Shown: piece after piece, positions 45,673 through 55,528 of the stretch
Numbering within the stretch: position 1 is the stretch's first letter
Layout of the letters: every line of letters starts with the position of its first letter
Origin: an uncultured Caldisericota bacterium
Lineage (GTDB): Bacteria > Caldisericota > Caldisericia > UBA6126
DNA: 64,000 nt
Reading direction: 5' to 3'
Assembly: GCA_964493625.1 (NCBI GenBank)
Contig: CAZBOU010000003.1
Location: forward strand, 42,677-106,676
The notes under the pieces: generated by a model
Databases searched by the model: none
Seen by the model: the letters and a program-made list of their open reading frames with translations, nothing else
What the model was told of the DNA's origin: nothing
Program-made: the position numbers and the translations under genes

Positions 45673-46840
45673 AAGTACCTTACTAAATACAATAACCAAA
45701 CAAAATGTATCGATTGTTTCTGCACAAGCAGGAACAACGACCGATCCCGTTGAAAAACCAATGGAGCTGAAACCATTTGGTCCAGTTCTGTTTATTGATA
45801 CTGCTGGCTATGAAGATTATTCAAATCTAGGACAAGTGCGAGAAAAGAAAACAAACAAATATTTGGACCGTCTTGATGTAGCCATTGTTGTAATCCATGG
45901 AACTACAGTAGGAGAATCTGATAAAAAAATAGTCCAAAAGCTTCGCTTAAAGAAAATTCCTTTGTGTGTATGCCTTCCAAAAATACATAGCGATTCCCTT
46001 TCAAAATCAATAACTCATTGGTTACATGCACATAGCATTCCTTTTTTTATCAATGATTTGCACGATTCGCGTGAACAATTTCTTCACGATTTTGTTTCCT
46101 GTCTCCAAAAGGTTGTTTCACCAGAATGGAACGCAACTCCTAAAATGATTACCGATTTTACAAAGCCTGGGGATATTATTGTATTGGTAATACCCATCGA
46201 TAAAGAAGCCCCAAAGAATAGAATCATATTGCCTCAGCAGCAAGCTATTCGAGATGTTCTAGATCAAGGTTCTATAAGTATCGTAACGGGCGTTTCTGAA
46301 CTGGCAAATGTGTTGCGCCTTTGTAAGCAAAAACCTTCTCTTGTAGTTACTGATTCACAAGCTTTTAAAGAAGTTTTTTCAATCGTACCACCTACCATTC
46401 CTGTAACGGGATTTTCTGTCCTACTTGCAAGAATGAAAGGAGATTTAGAAATTTTCTTGCGAGGAATTGGTGCAATACAAAGACTAGATTCTGGAGATCG
46501 AGTTTTAATTTTGGAAGCTTGTTCGCACAACCCTTTTTGCAACGATATTGGAAGAGAGCAAATACCGCATGGAATAGTAAATATGACAAATAAGAATATC
46601 GAATTTGATGTGGTTTCTGGTCACGATTTTCCAGAAAGCCTATCCAACTATAAGCTTATTATTCATTGTGGAGGGTGTATTTTGAACCGAAAAGAAATCC
46701 AAAATCGCATACAAATCGCCATAGAAAATAATGTTCCTATAACAAACTATGGTTTTGTTTTATCATATATGCATGGTGATTTGGGTAGGGCTCTTGAAAT
46801 ACTGATGAGATCAGAAAAAAAAGAGGATCTTATTTCGTAA
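45611..46840 (+). CDS. hydF: [FeFe]-hydrogenase maturation GTPase HydF
   Basis: The P-loop GILGQTNAGKST and SIVSAQAGTTTDPV match HydF. The start is a GTG 8 nt after AGGAG. An alternative start is the ATG at 45629. Confidence 0.75.
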   Translation: MSTIKSMRLHIGILGQTNAGKSTLLNTITKQNVSIVSAQAGTTTDPVEKPMELKPFGPVLFIDTAGYEDYSNLGQVREKKTNKYLDRLDVAIVVIHGTTVGESDKKIVQKLRLKKIPLCVCLPKIHSDSLSKSITHWLHAHSIPFFINDLHDSREQFLHDFVSCLQKVVSPEWNATPKMITDFTKPGDIIVLVIPIDKEAPKNRIILPQQQAIRDVLDQGSISIVTGVSELANVLRLCKQKPSLVVTDSQAFKEVFSIVPPTIPVTGFSVLLARMKGDLEIFLRGIGAIQRLDSGDRVLILEACSHNPFCNDIGREQIPHGIVNMTNKNIEFDVVSGHDFPESLSNYKLIIHCGGCILNRKEIQNRIQIAIENNVPITNYGFVLSYMHGDLGRALEILMRSEKKEDLIS

Positions 46841-47051
46841 AGTGAATTAAAACCCTCCATTTTCACACTATTTTATACTACATTTATTCAAATAATGCAA
46901 TGCCTTAATTCTACTTTTTTTTGTGTTTACATTAAAAACAACAGAATACTGTACTTTATCCGAAATTTAAAAAACTCGATCCATTCCTTTTCTTTCATGT
47001 TTTGTTTCGAAAATGTTATACTAGTTAAAAATGCAGTATGAGGTGTCTTAA

Positions 47052-48278
47052 ATGCTTAAAAAATGGACTATTCTATTTGTATTCTTCTTTGTATGTACGA
47101 TTGTATCCCCTGGATATGCAAACGAGTCATCAAATGATGTAGTTCAATTTCCATCAAACTACCAAGAATTGCATTCTTATCTTCCGTTCCAGAGTTGGGT
47201 TAAAGTGGATTCCTATGATCTAGATGAAGTAGATAAGTCGACGATACTAACTTTTGTAGAAAACAGTAGTGAGCTCCAAGGCAAGAAAATTCAAAGCGCA
47301 AAAATCTATCCAGTTTCTCTCCCCATACTCCTTATCTCACATTCTCTGCAATGGAAAGCTCATTATTTCCAACAGATACGAGTTTTGTGTAATTTTGGAA
47401 AAGAAACACAAACCATACATGTCAGTGGTATACGTTTTCAAAAGTCTGAGTATTGGGTATTTTCTATGTATTCCGCAACCCCCTGCTTACAAGAAATCGG
47501 TTCTTCGGATGGTTTTCATAGCAATGTGTCATTCCCATCCTTGTACCCATCGCCTTCGTTGTATTACGCTTATTTCACAAAACATTTGCAATCATTCAAT
47601 GAAAAAGAAACTACCACAATAGAGCTTCAAAGAGGTATCCCTCTTTTATTCTCTGCGCAAATATGGAATCCTTTTTTCTATTCCGATCTTCCATTCATTA
47701 AACAAGAAGCGAACACAGCACGTTTTGACGACTTAGTGTTCGCTTCAAGTAGTGAAGAGTTGTATAATTTTATTCCTGCCAATTTTGATGTAGAGGAAAT
47801 TGAAAGAGAAATAACGGAAAACGAGAAAAGAAAGTTTGTTGACCATATTCAAGTTATGATGAAAAATAGTGGCTTTGAGAATCCCAATCATTTTGACTGG
47901 GACAATGTAAAAATTGATGTGCCCGTCATTATAGGGTTAACAGATAGCGAAAACACAACAAGTGAGTATTTTTCAGATGTTGCATTGTATGTAGCAAAAA
48001 TTGACAAACCAACCATTCAAAACCGTTATTTGTTTTCTGCCTTGAAAGAAGAAAATGCTTGGTTGTTCCATAGCACAGATCAAATATCTTCCACCGAGGG
48101 ATGGCACTACAAGGTTCCAAGGGTGTATACATTTTCAGGCTTAAGTTACAACGAAAGCACATACTTGTATTACATTTCGATGATTGATTCATTGCTACTT
48201 AACCGGTATTCTCTTAATGACAGTAGAAAAATTACAAAAATGTGGTCTTTAAAACGTTGGAATTTTTCCTCTATGTAA
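47052..48278 (+). CDS. Secreted hypothetical protein
   Basis: The protein is 408 aa with a signal peptide (LFVFFFVCTIVSPGYA) and an RBS GAGGTG. No recognisable domain was found. Confidence 0.45.
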   Translation: MLKKWTILFVFFFVCTIVSPGYANESSNDVVQFPSNYQELHSYLPFQSWVKVDSYDLDEVDKSTILTFVENSSELQGKKIQSAKIYPVSLPILLISHSLQWKAHYFQQIRVLCNFGKETQTIHVSGIRFQKSEYWVFSMYSATPCLQEIGSSDGFHSNVSFPSLYPSPSLYYAYFTKHLQSFNEKETTTIELQRGIPLLFSAQIWNPFFYSDLPFIKQEANTARFDDLVFASSSEELYNFIPANFDVEEIEREITENEKRKFVDHIQVMMKNSGFENPNHFDWDNVKIDVPVIIGLTDSENTTSEYFSDVALYVAKIDKPTIQNRYLFSALKEENAWLFHSTDQISSTEGWHYKVPRVYTFSGLSYNESTYLYYISMIDSLLLNRYSLNDSRKITKMWSLKRWNFSSM

Positions 48279-49206
48279 TATCATCTTGTTCAATTTCGTG
48301 TATCAAAGCAGCTGCAGCAGAAGCAGAACCTAATAAAGTAAGTATTTCTTTTGCCTTTTCCACCAATGCAGAATGAATTGTTGGATGATGTAATCTATAG
48401 TTGGTAAAGAATTCTTTTCCATGTTTCTCGTATCCACTAACGATACTATCAGAAAAGGTTTCTTTAAAATAGGTGTTTACATTGACTTTTGTAATACCGT
48501 TTTTTATCGTTTCTTTAATCATTTCAGGCTTTACTCCCGAAGCACCATGTAAAACTAAAGGAGTGGAAACATTTTGTCGAATTGTTTTTAATAGAGGAAT
48601 ATTCAAGTTTGTATCTCTATTCTTTTCCCCATGAGTATTCCCTATAGCTATGGCTAGGGCATCTATTTCAACGGAAGAAACAAACTGCAATACTTCCTCT
48701 AATGAAGTATCTGAAGACTTATCTGAATGGCAGGTTCCAACATGACCAATTTCAGCCTCTAGTGAATACCCCTTATACGGAGAAAGAGTAGTTATTCTGT
48801 CATGGTTTATATGGTGTGGAGTTAATTCCCTATGCAATAGGTCATTGGCTTCATTTGTAAGCTGTATATTTTCTTGAAGCGAGTACTGGGAACCATCAAT
48901 CATATAAGACAAGAACACGCCATGTTGGATTCCTAATTGTATATCCTCAATTGTTTTTGCATGATCAAGGTGGATACAAACAGGTACTTTAGACAGTTCA
49001 GCTGTCATGGCACAAGACCTTACCAAAGAGGAGTCTTTATAGGTTCTTACTACACCTGGAGAGAATTGTAAGATAAGCGGAGAATTTGTTTCTTCCGCAG
49101 CCTTTACAAATGCACTAGCATACTCAAACGAGTTAACATTAAAAGCTCCTACTGCATATGAATTTGATTGAGCTCTAGCAAGTAGGTAGTGTAAATCACA
49201 TAGCAT
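48271..49206 (-). CDS. Class II fructose/tagatose-1,6-bisphosphate aldolase family protein
   Basis: The protein is 311 aa. Its N-terminus LLARAQSNSYAVGAFNVNSFE matches FbaA/KbaY/GatY-type class II aldolases. Confidence 0.8.
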   Translation of the reverse strand: MLCDLHYLLARAQSNSYAVGAFNVNSFEYASAFVKAAEETNSPLILQFSPGVVRTYKDSSLVRSCAMTAELSKVPVCIHLDHAKTIEDIQLGIQHGVFLSYMIDGSQYSLQENIQLTNEANDLLHRELTPHHINHDRITTLSPYKGYSLEAEIGHVGTCHSDKSSDTSLEEVLQFVSSVEIDALAIAIGNTHGEKNRDTNLNIPLLKTIRQNVSTPLVLHGASGVKPEMIKETIKNGITKVNVNTYFKETFSDSIVSGYEKHGKEFFTNYRLHHPTIHSALVEKAKEILTLLGSASAAAALIHEIEQDDIT

Positions 49207-49215
49207 AATAAATCC

Positions 49216-50328
49216 TTACTGGCTACAAATAGCAATCAATACACGAGTAATATTTTCGACAGAAGTAAACAAAATACTCTCTTTGTGAGTATGGACATCT
49301 GTCATACCACATGCAAGATTGATACATAGCATATTGTGTATTTTTTCGTTCAAAATATTGGCATCACAACCGCCCCCACATACTTTTAGCTGTGGAGTCA
49401 AACCACAATCGTTCATGGCTTGAGTGACTTGTTGAATAATAGGACAATTTTCCTCAAGGGAAAATGATTTGTAAGCGTATCGATCTTGGAAATCGATTTT
49501 GTATCCTTGTTGGATACCTTGTTCAAAGATGTTTTTAATTTGATTTTTTACGATTGAAAGTTTTGCATCATTATGAGATCGTATTTCACCATTTAAAAAA
49601 CAATCTTCTGCGACGATATTGGTTGCTTTTCCTCCTTTTATCTTACCAATATTTGTAGTAGTTTCGTGGTCAATCCGGCCGAAAGGTATGGTAGAAATGC
49701 ATTGGCTAGCAAACAAAATTGCACTTTTCCCTTGTTCAGGAGCCATGCCAGCGTGTGCAGCTTTTCCTTGAATAGTCACATCAAAAATGATTTGAGAAGG
49801 ACCCGCATACATAATAATGCCGGGAGCTCCATCTGCATCGACAACAATACCTCTTTTTGAGTGGATAAGTGATGTGTCAAAATCTTTGGCACCCTCTAAG
49901 CCAATTTCTTCTTCAACGGTGAAAGCTACTTCGATTTCTGGGTGCGGGGAATTGGATTGGTGAATGGCTAACAAGCACTCAAGTATGGCTGCAATACCTG
50001 CCTTATCATCAGATCCTAAGATAGTAGTACCATCGGTTGTATACAACCCTTGGTTGCAACGAAACTGAATTGCAGGCGTTGCTTCTACGGTATCCATGTG
50101 AGCAGATAAAAGAATGGGAGGGGAGTCAGTTTCTCCCCTCTTGGGTAGTCGTAGGAAAAGATTGTTCCGCGTTTTGGAAATAGAAGCATTCTCGACAATT
50201 TCAATCGGTATTTCTGAAATGATTTCTTTAATCAAATGTACAGTCTCGTCTTCAAATTTTGATACACCGTTTGAACGAAGAAGACGCTCAAATATTTGTC
50301 GAAGACGATCTTGATCCAAAGAGATCAT
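49216..50328 (-). CDS. M20-family metallopeptidase (peptidase T-like)
   Basis: The protein is 370 aa and carries the metal-ligand motifs HMDTV, GSDDKAG and EEIGLEG. Confidence 0.65.
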   Translation of the reverse strand: MISLDQDRLRQIFERLLRSNGVSKFEDETVHLIKEIISEIPIEIVENASISKTRNNLFLRLPKRGETDSPPILLSAHMDTVEATPAIQFRCNQGLYTTDGTTILGSDDKAGIAAILECLLAIHQSNSPHPEIEVAFTVEEEIGLEGAKDFDTSLIHSKRGIVVDADGAPGIIMYAGPSQIIFDVTIQGKAAHAGMAPEQGKSAILFASQCISTIPFGRIDHETTTNIGKIKGGKATNIVAEDCFLNGEIRSHNDAKLSIVKNQIKNIFEQGIQQGYKIDFQDRYAYKSFSLEENCPIIQQVTQAMNDCGLTPQLKVCGGGCDANILNEKIHNMLCINLACGMTDVHTHKESILFTSVENITRVLIAICSQ

Positions 50329-50858
50329 ACAGAATCGAACCCCATTTGCAATGCCTTCATATTCATATCAACAATTTTTGAACCTTTGGAACCAAACTTC
50401 TCTTTGATGACTTTTTGAATGGTTTCTGTTTTTGCAAAGTTTTTTAACTTCAGTAAAGCACCGAGCATTACAATATTAGCGACTATTTTGTTGCCTGCTT
50501 CAGCAGCAATATGATTAGCAGGTATATAGTGTGCTTCAATATCAGTACGTGCAGTTTTTTCATTAATTAGTGCTGAATTGACCAACAAACAACCATTCTT
50601 TTCGATAGTAGGCTCAAACTTGAAAAATGATGGTGTATTCATTACAATAGCGCTTTCATTTTTAGGAACAATGGGAGATCCGATTTGCTGATCCGATACA
50701 ATGCAAATACAGTTTGCTGTTCCTCCGCGCATTTCAGGGCCGTAGGAAGGAAGAAACAATGCAAAACGATTTTCTTCAACAGCTGCATATGATATCAATT
50801 GACCAATGGCCATAACGCCTTGCCCACCAAAACCAGCAGCACACAATTCAAATTTCAT
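50325..50858 (-). CDS. korC: 2-oxoacid:ferredoxin oxidoreductase gamma subunit
   Basis: The protein is 177 aa. The N-terminus FGGQGVMAIGQL is typical of POR/KOR gamma subunits. Confidence 0.8.
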   Translation of the reverse strand: MKFELCAAGFGGQGVMAIGQLISYAAVEENRFALFLPSYGPEMRGGTANCICIVSDQQIGSPIVPKNESAIVMNTPSFFKFEPTIEKNGCLLVNSALINEKTARTDIEAHYIPANHIAAEAGNKIVANIVMLGALLKLKNFAKTETIQKVIKEKFGSKGSKIVDMNMKALQMGFDSV

Positions 50859-51610
50859 TATAGTCCCTCCACGCTTTTAAATTCACCGAGTGGATAATAA
50901 TTCATCGTCTCGTTTTCGATTCGCTTAAGAGAGTCGACAGGATTCATACCCCAATTGGTTGGACAGGTTGATAAGATCTCAACAAGAGCAAATCCTAAGT
51001 TATCTCGTTGTGCTTTGAAGGCTTTTCGAATTGCTTTTTTGGTTTTCACTATATTGGCTGGGGTATGTACAGAAGTTCGTGCAATATAGGCAGGTCCGTT
51101 TAACTGAGATAACATCTCACACATGCGAATAGGATAGCCCTCTTTCACAAGATCTCTACCATAAGGAGAGGTTTCCGTTTTCCAACCTTCGAGTGTTGTA
51201 GGAGCCATTTGGCCACCTGTCATTCCATAGATACCATTGTTCACGAAAATGGTTGTAATTCTTTCACCGCGGGTTGCGGCATGCACAACTTCAGCAGTAC
51301 CAATAGAAGCAAGATCGCCATCTCCTTGGTAGGTAAAGATGGTTTTAGAAGGCATTGCTCTTTTCATGCCAGTTGCAACAGCTGGTGCTCTACCATGAGC
51401 AGCTTGAACCGTATCGAATTCAAAATAGTGAATGGCAAGTGTGGAACAACCCACGGGAACAACAATGACGGTATTTTCAAATTGATCCATTTCTTCAATA
51501 ACTTCACACACAAGACGATGTATAACTCCATGAGTACAACCTGGACAATAGGAACGTTTTGTTTTACTCAATAAGGGAGTCACTTTAAAGATTTGTTTCA
51601 TTTCATTCAT
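50858..51610 (-). CDS. korB: 2-oxoacid:ferredoxin oxidoreductase beta subunit (TPP-binding)
   Basis: The protein is 250 aa. It has a CPGC motif and a TPP-binding region GDGD. Confidence 0.8.
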   Translation of the reverse strand: MNEMKQIFKVTPLLSKTKRSYCPGCTHGVIHRLVCEVIEEMDQFENTVIVVPVGCSTLAIHYFEFDTVQAAHGRAPAVATGMKRAMPSKTIFTYQGDGDLASIGTAEVVHAATRGERITTIFVNNGIYGMTGGQMAPTTLEGWKTETSPYGRDLVKEGYPIRMCEMLSQLNGPAYIARTSVHTPANIVKTKKAIRKAFKAQRDNLGFALVEILSTCPTNWGMNPVDSLKRIENETMNYYPLGEFKSVEGL

Positions 51611-51622
51611 TACGATACCCCC

Positions 51623-52681
51623 TTAATAGATTTCTTTAATCTTTTTAACAAATTCATCTGGACTCGGTACATTTCCACCCATTCGTCCAAAAAAACGGAT
51701 AGGCTTTTGTCCATTTACGACAAGTTGAACATCTTCTAACATTTGCCCTGCATTAAGCTCGAACACATAAAAAGATTCAGTAACTGGATTGTTCACTGCT
51801 TTTTTAAGGTTTTCTACAGGGAATGGCCAAAGGGTAATTGGGCGGAATAACCCAACTTTATAGCCTTCTTCTCTAAGCATTTCAACGGCGGTTTTTGCAA
51901 TACGAGCAGTAGTACCATAGGCAACAATGCAAACCTTTGCATCGTCTGTATGATAATCTTCGCACAATGTTTCCTTTTCTTCAATGGTCCTGTATCGAGC
52001 TTGTAATTTTTCATTATGATGCTCAAGACCGTCAAGATCAAGATCCAAAGAGTTGATTAAATGCTTCTCGCGATTCAACCGTCCATCTGCTGCCCAATCT
52101 TTGTGTGGCAAGGAAGCGGGATCTACATCAAATGTGAACTCGACAGCTTCCATAATTTGACCTAATAGTCCATCACTTAATACCATGACAGGAATGCGGT
52201 ATTGGTCAGCCAAATCAAAAGCTGTCTTCATTAAATCAGCTTGTTCTTGAAGATTTGTAGGAGCCAAGGTGATCATTTTATAATCGCCATGACCTCCACC
52301 CTTGGTGGACTGAAAATAATCAGATTGAGAAGGTCCAATGCCACCTAGGCCAGGTCCTCCTCTCATTACATTAACAATAACAACGGGAAGTTCGGATCCT
52401 GCACAATATGAAATTCCCTCCATCATAAGGCTGATACCAGGACTAGATGAACTCGTCATAACACGATATCCAGCAGCAGAAGCACCATACAACATATTAA
52501 TTGCAGCTACTTCGCTTTCAGCTTGAACGAAAGTACCCCCAACTTCAGGCAATCGTTTTGCCATGTAAGCTGGAGCTTCATTTTGTGGTGTAATAGGATA
52601 CCCAAAAAAAAGTCTACAACCTGCTTTTACAGCAGCTTCGCCGATTACTTCGGCGCCTTTCATTAAAATTTTGTCACCCAT
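51623..52681 (-). CDS. korA: 2-oxoacid:ferredoxin oxidoreductase alpha subunit
   Basis: The protein is 352 aa. The N-terminus GAEVIGEAAVKAGC is typical. There is an AGGAG RBS 6 nt upstream. Confidence 0.8.
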   Translation of the reverse strand: MGDKILMKGAEVIGEAAVKAGCRLFFGYPITPQNEAPAYMAKRLPEVGGTFVQAESEVAAINMLYGASAAGYRVMTSSSSPGISLMMEGISYCAGSELPVVIVNVMRGGPGLGGIGPSQSDYFQSTKGGGHGDYKMITLAPTNLQEQADLMKTAFDLADQYRIPVMVLSDGLLGQIMEAVEFTFDVDPASLPHKDWAADGRLNREKHLINSLDLDLDGLEHHNEKLQARYRTIEEKETLCEDYHTDDAKVCIVAYGTTARIAKTAVEMLREEGYKVGLFRPITLWPFPVENLKKAVNNPVTESFYVFELNAGQMLEDVQLVVNGQKPIRFFGRMGGNVPSPDEFVKKIKEIY

Positions 52682-52735
52682 AACAACTCCTTTACTTATA
52701 GAGCTAAGCTTATTATATGACTATATACGAAAGAC

Positions 52736-55447
52736 TCAACCGTCGGTAATATTTAAATCTGGAATTCTCCTCTTCACAGATGATCGATTTCCTGCAATAT
52801 CTTGCGCTGTAAACCTAATAAAACAATGCTCTTCATGGATCTGTATTGTTTGGTCGAACGATCCATCCTCTTTCACAGAAAGCATTGCTCCGTCATCATA
52901 GTCAAGTTCATAATAAAGAAACAAACCGTGAGAAGCATTCTCGTCAAGAATTTGGCCAACAATATGAATCTCATTATTGTTCAGCCATGTATGTGTGAGT
53001 TGTAGTTCTGGAGGCACCGTATCAACTAATACGGATGATTCTTTTCCAAATTCCCAGTCTGTCACTATTTTGTAATCTTTCCCTGTAGGTAAAACGTAGG
53101 ATTTTATTTTGTAATACCCATCCTCAAGGAGTTTGCCATTGTGAATTCCGGTAAAAGGTGCTGCATAATATCCAGCCCCAAGGATGCCTCGATGATAGAA
53201 TAAATTTTGGATGAATTGATCCTTTTGATCAAATACGTCTATTTCAATGCCATCAATGTTATAGGGACTTAGGCAAACATAATGATTCTGATCACCATAT
53301 CCATCATGATTCGGTGATATTGCAAGCGTAGGAAACATATACGAAGTGAGAATTGGATCCATGGCAGGGTACGTGCCGTGATAAAAAATACTAGGAACCT
53401 GAAAGATTGTGTCACCATCGTGAATGGCCTCTAGCCAAAACTCGCCAAAACTTTGAATAGTGTCATCTGTAACTTCTAAGGTAATCTTGATGGGTATCGT
53501 TTCGTGCGGTTCAATCGTGAATTTGTAAGGAGATATGACAACCGCTGCATTTTGATGAATAGGAGAATTGCAACGAAACTCTAGTGTTTGAGATTGTGAG
53601 CCTTTATTGGTAATACGGATCCATCTAGATTCATTTTCTTGTATGCTTCCATAAGAAATTGTAGGAGGGTCAACTATAAGACTCCCGGAAAATGAATTCT
53701 GTAAATCTAGGCTTCCACCGCCTTGCAAATAGATAGAATACCGTTCTTGTGTAAGGGGATTGACTATCGGTTTCGCATAGTTTATAAGAAGAGATTTAAT
53801 CTCTGAAGGAGACCAGTTTGAGTGTAGTTGCTTGAGGAGTGCGACTCCACCTGCTACATAGGGACTAGACATACTTGTTCCGCTGTAAATACCGTACTGG
53901 TGGTTTGTTATAGTAGAGGAAATTTGATATCCTGGTGCGGTTATCTCGGGTTTTAAGTAAAAATCGGGAGTAGGTCCTTGGGAAGAAAAAGAAGCTAGAG
54001 TGACAGCTTGATTTTGATATCCGTAGTGAATCATGACAGGTTTTTCTTGTACATCTACCATAGACTGTACATAGGTGCCTGTTTCAAAAGAAAGACTCAT
54101 CATAGGAACTTTGTCAAAGTCAGATGGCAGTGTAATGGAAGTAGGTGCTTTTTTTGTATTTACTACCAATACAGAGTGTATATCAGATTTCTCTGCATAT
54201 CTATACAAAGACTGTATTGATAAGTCAGAAGAAAACACCATAACTGCTTTTCCTTGCAATTCAAGAAATGTCGATGGAGTAATACTCCCCGATACGATTT
54301 CTAAGGGAATCGCCTTTAATGATGCTTTTGGTGTAGGTGAAATGGGTTGACCTATGACAAAATGATAGCGGCCACGCTCAGAAGGAACATAAAAACCATC
54401 TTTCGGTGTAGCATCTGAGGCAGCTACCGAGATAGAGGAAAGTCCACTTCCAGGGGCATGAATGGGAAAAGGATTCAAGGTTGAATTTCTTGGACCAGAG
54501 TTACCAGCGGATGCAACAACAATAACACCTGCTTCTACCAATCGATCACAAGCAATAGACAGAGGGTCGGTAGACCATCCAAAATTCTTTCCAAGACTTA
54601 GATTTACTACATCACACTTATCGATCATGGACTGTTCTAGTGCCATTAAAATGGCAGTTTCTCTCGTTGAATCTTTGTTACTAGTAAATACTTTGTATAT
54701 GGCCAGAGATGCGTCTGGTGCAACCCCAGATGCTTTGTTTTTACCAATTGCTAGCCCTGTCTCTCCATTGCCTGCGGCAATTCCTGCTACATGCGTACCA
54801 TGGTTACTAGTACCGATAGAATAAGGAATAGAATTCATCTCAGAGAAATCGAACCCAGTTCGAACTTTATACATTTTTCCATCCCACGTTGTACCCATAC
54901 CTCCGCCCAACTCACCATGATTGTAGTCAACGCCAGTATCAATGATTCCAATTAGCATCCCTTGTCCCCTATAGTGAAGGCCAGCAATGCTTTGTTGATC
55001 CCAAAAGTAAGGAGCCTTGGTGGTAGGAACAGAAGTTTCTCGTTGTAGATAGTATTCTTGGGCTAAATAGATCGTCTTTACATAAGGCGACTGACGGATC
55101 ATTTGTATTTCTTCGATTGTGGCATCCAAAGAAAATCCGTTAAAAACATGTAAATATTCGTATTGAATAGGAAAGGAAGACTTTAAAATAGGGATACAGT
55201 CTTGTAAAAAAAGAGTATGTTGCAAAGAGATCAAAGACAACCATCTGTTCATTCCTTCTGTAGATGATGTATTCTGTTTAGAAGCCAATGGTGCACCATA
55301 CAATTCAACAATATAAGTAGTTGATTCCGCATCAAGTTGTGTACTATTGTGCGTATAAACTTGTTGAATCGATACACAAGAAAAAAGAAGAGCAAGAAGT
55401 ACAATAAGAGCACATCTTATCACGTATTCATTCTGGTAGTGCTTCAT
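52736..55447 (-). CDS. Secreted subtilisin-like serine peptidase (S8 family) with C-terminal accessory domains
   Basis: The catalytic triad motifs GIIDTGVD, HGTHVAGIAAG and GTSMSSPYVAGG are present. The N-terminus from the chosen start (MKHYQNEY...) is a signal or TM helix. GAGGA lies 8 nt upstream of that start. Confidence 0.8.
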   Translation of the reverse strand: MKHYQNEYVIRCALIVLLALLFSCVSIQQVYTHNSTQLDAESTTYIVELYGAPLASKQNTSSTEGMNRWLSLISLQHTLFLQDCIPILKSSFPIQYEYLHVFNGFSLDATIEEIQMIRQSPYVKTIYLAQEYYLQRETSVPTTKAPYFWDQQSIAGLHYRGQGMLIGIIDTGVDYNHGELGGGMGTTWDGKMYKVRTGFDFSEMNSIPYSIGTSNHGTHVAGIAAGNGETGLAIGKNKASGVAPDASLAIYKVFTSNKDSTRETAILMALEQSMIDKCDVVNLSLGKNFGWSTDPLSIACDRLVEAGVIVVASAGNSGPRNSTLNPFPIHAPGSGLSSISVAASDATPKDGFYVPSERGRYHFVIGQPISPTPKASLKAIPLEIVSGSITPSTFLELQGKAVMVFSSDLSIQSLYRYAEKSDIHSVLVVNTKKAPTSITLPSDFDKVPMMSLSFETGTYVQSMVDVQEKPVMIHYGYQNQAVTLASFSSQGPTPDFYLKPEITAPGYQISSTITNHQYGIYSGTSMSSPYVAGGVALLKQLHSNWSPSEIKSLLINYAKPIVNPLTQERYSIYLQGGGSLDLQNSFSGSLIVDPPTISYGSIQENESRWIRITNKGSQSQTLEFRCNSPIHQNAAVVISPYKFTIEPHETIPIKITLEVTDDTIQSFGEFWLEAIHDGDTIFQVPSIFYHGTYPAMDPILTSYMFPTLAISPNHDGYGDQNHYVCLSPYNIDGIEIDVFDQKDQFIQNLFYHRGILGAGYYAAPFTGIHNGKLLEDGYYKIKSYVLPTGKDYKIVTDWEFGKESSVLVDTVPPELQLTHTWLNNNEIHIVGQILDENASHGLFLYYELDYDDGAMLSVKEDGSFDQTIQIHEEHCFIRFTAQDIAGNRSSVKRRIPDLNITDG

Positions 55448-55528
55448 CTTACGGTTCCTCGCTTTTTGTGGTATTATATACATTGTAACATTTTTCGAAT
55501 AACTATCAGTAGGAGATCTGACAAGCAC

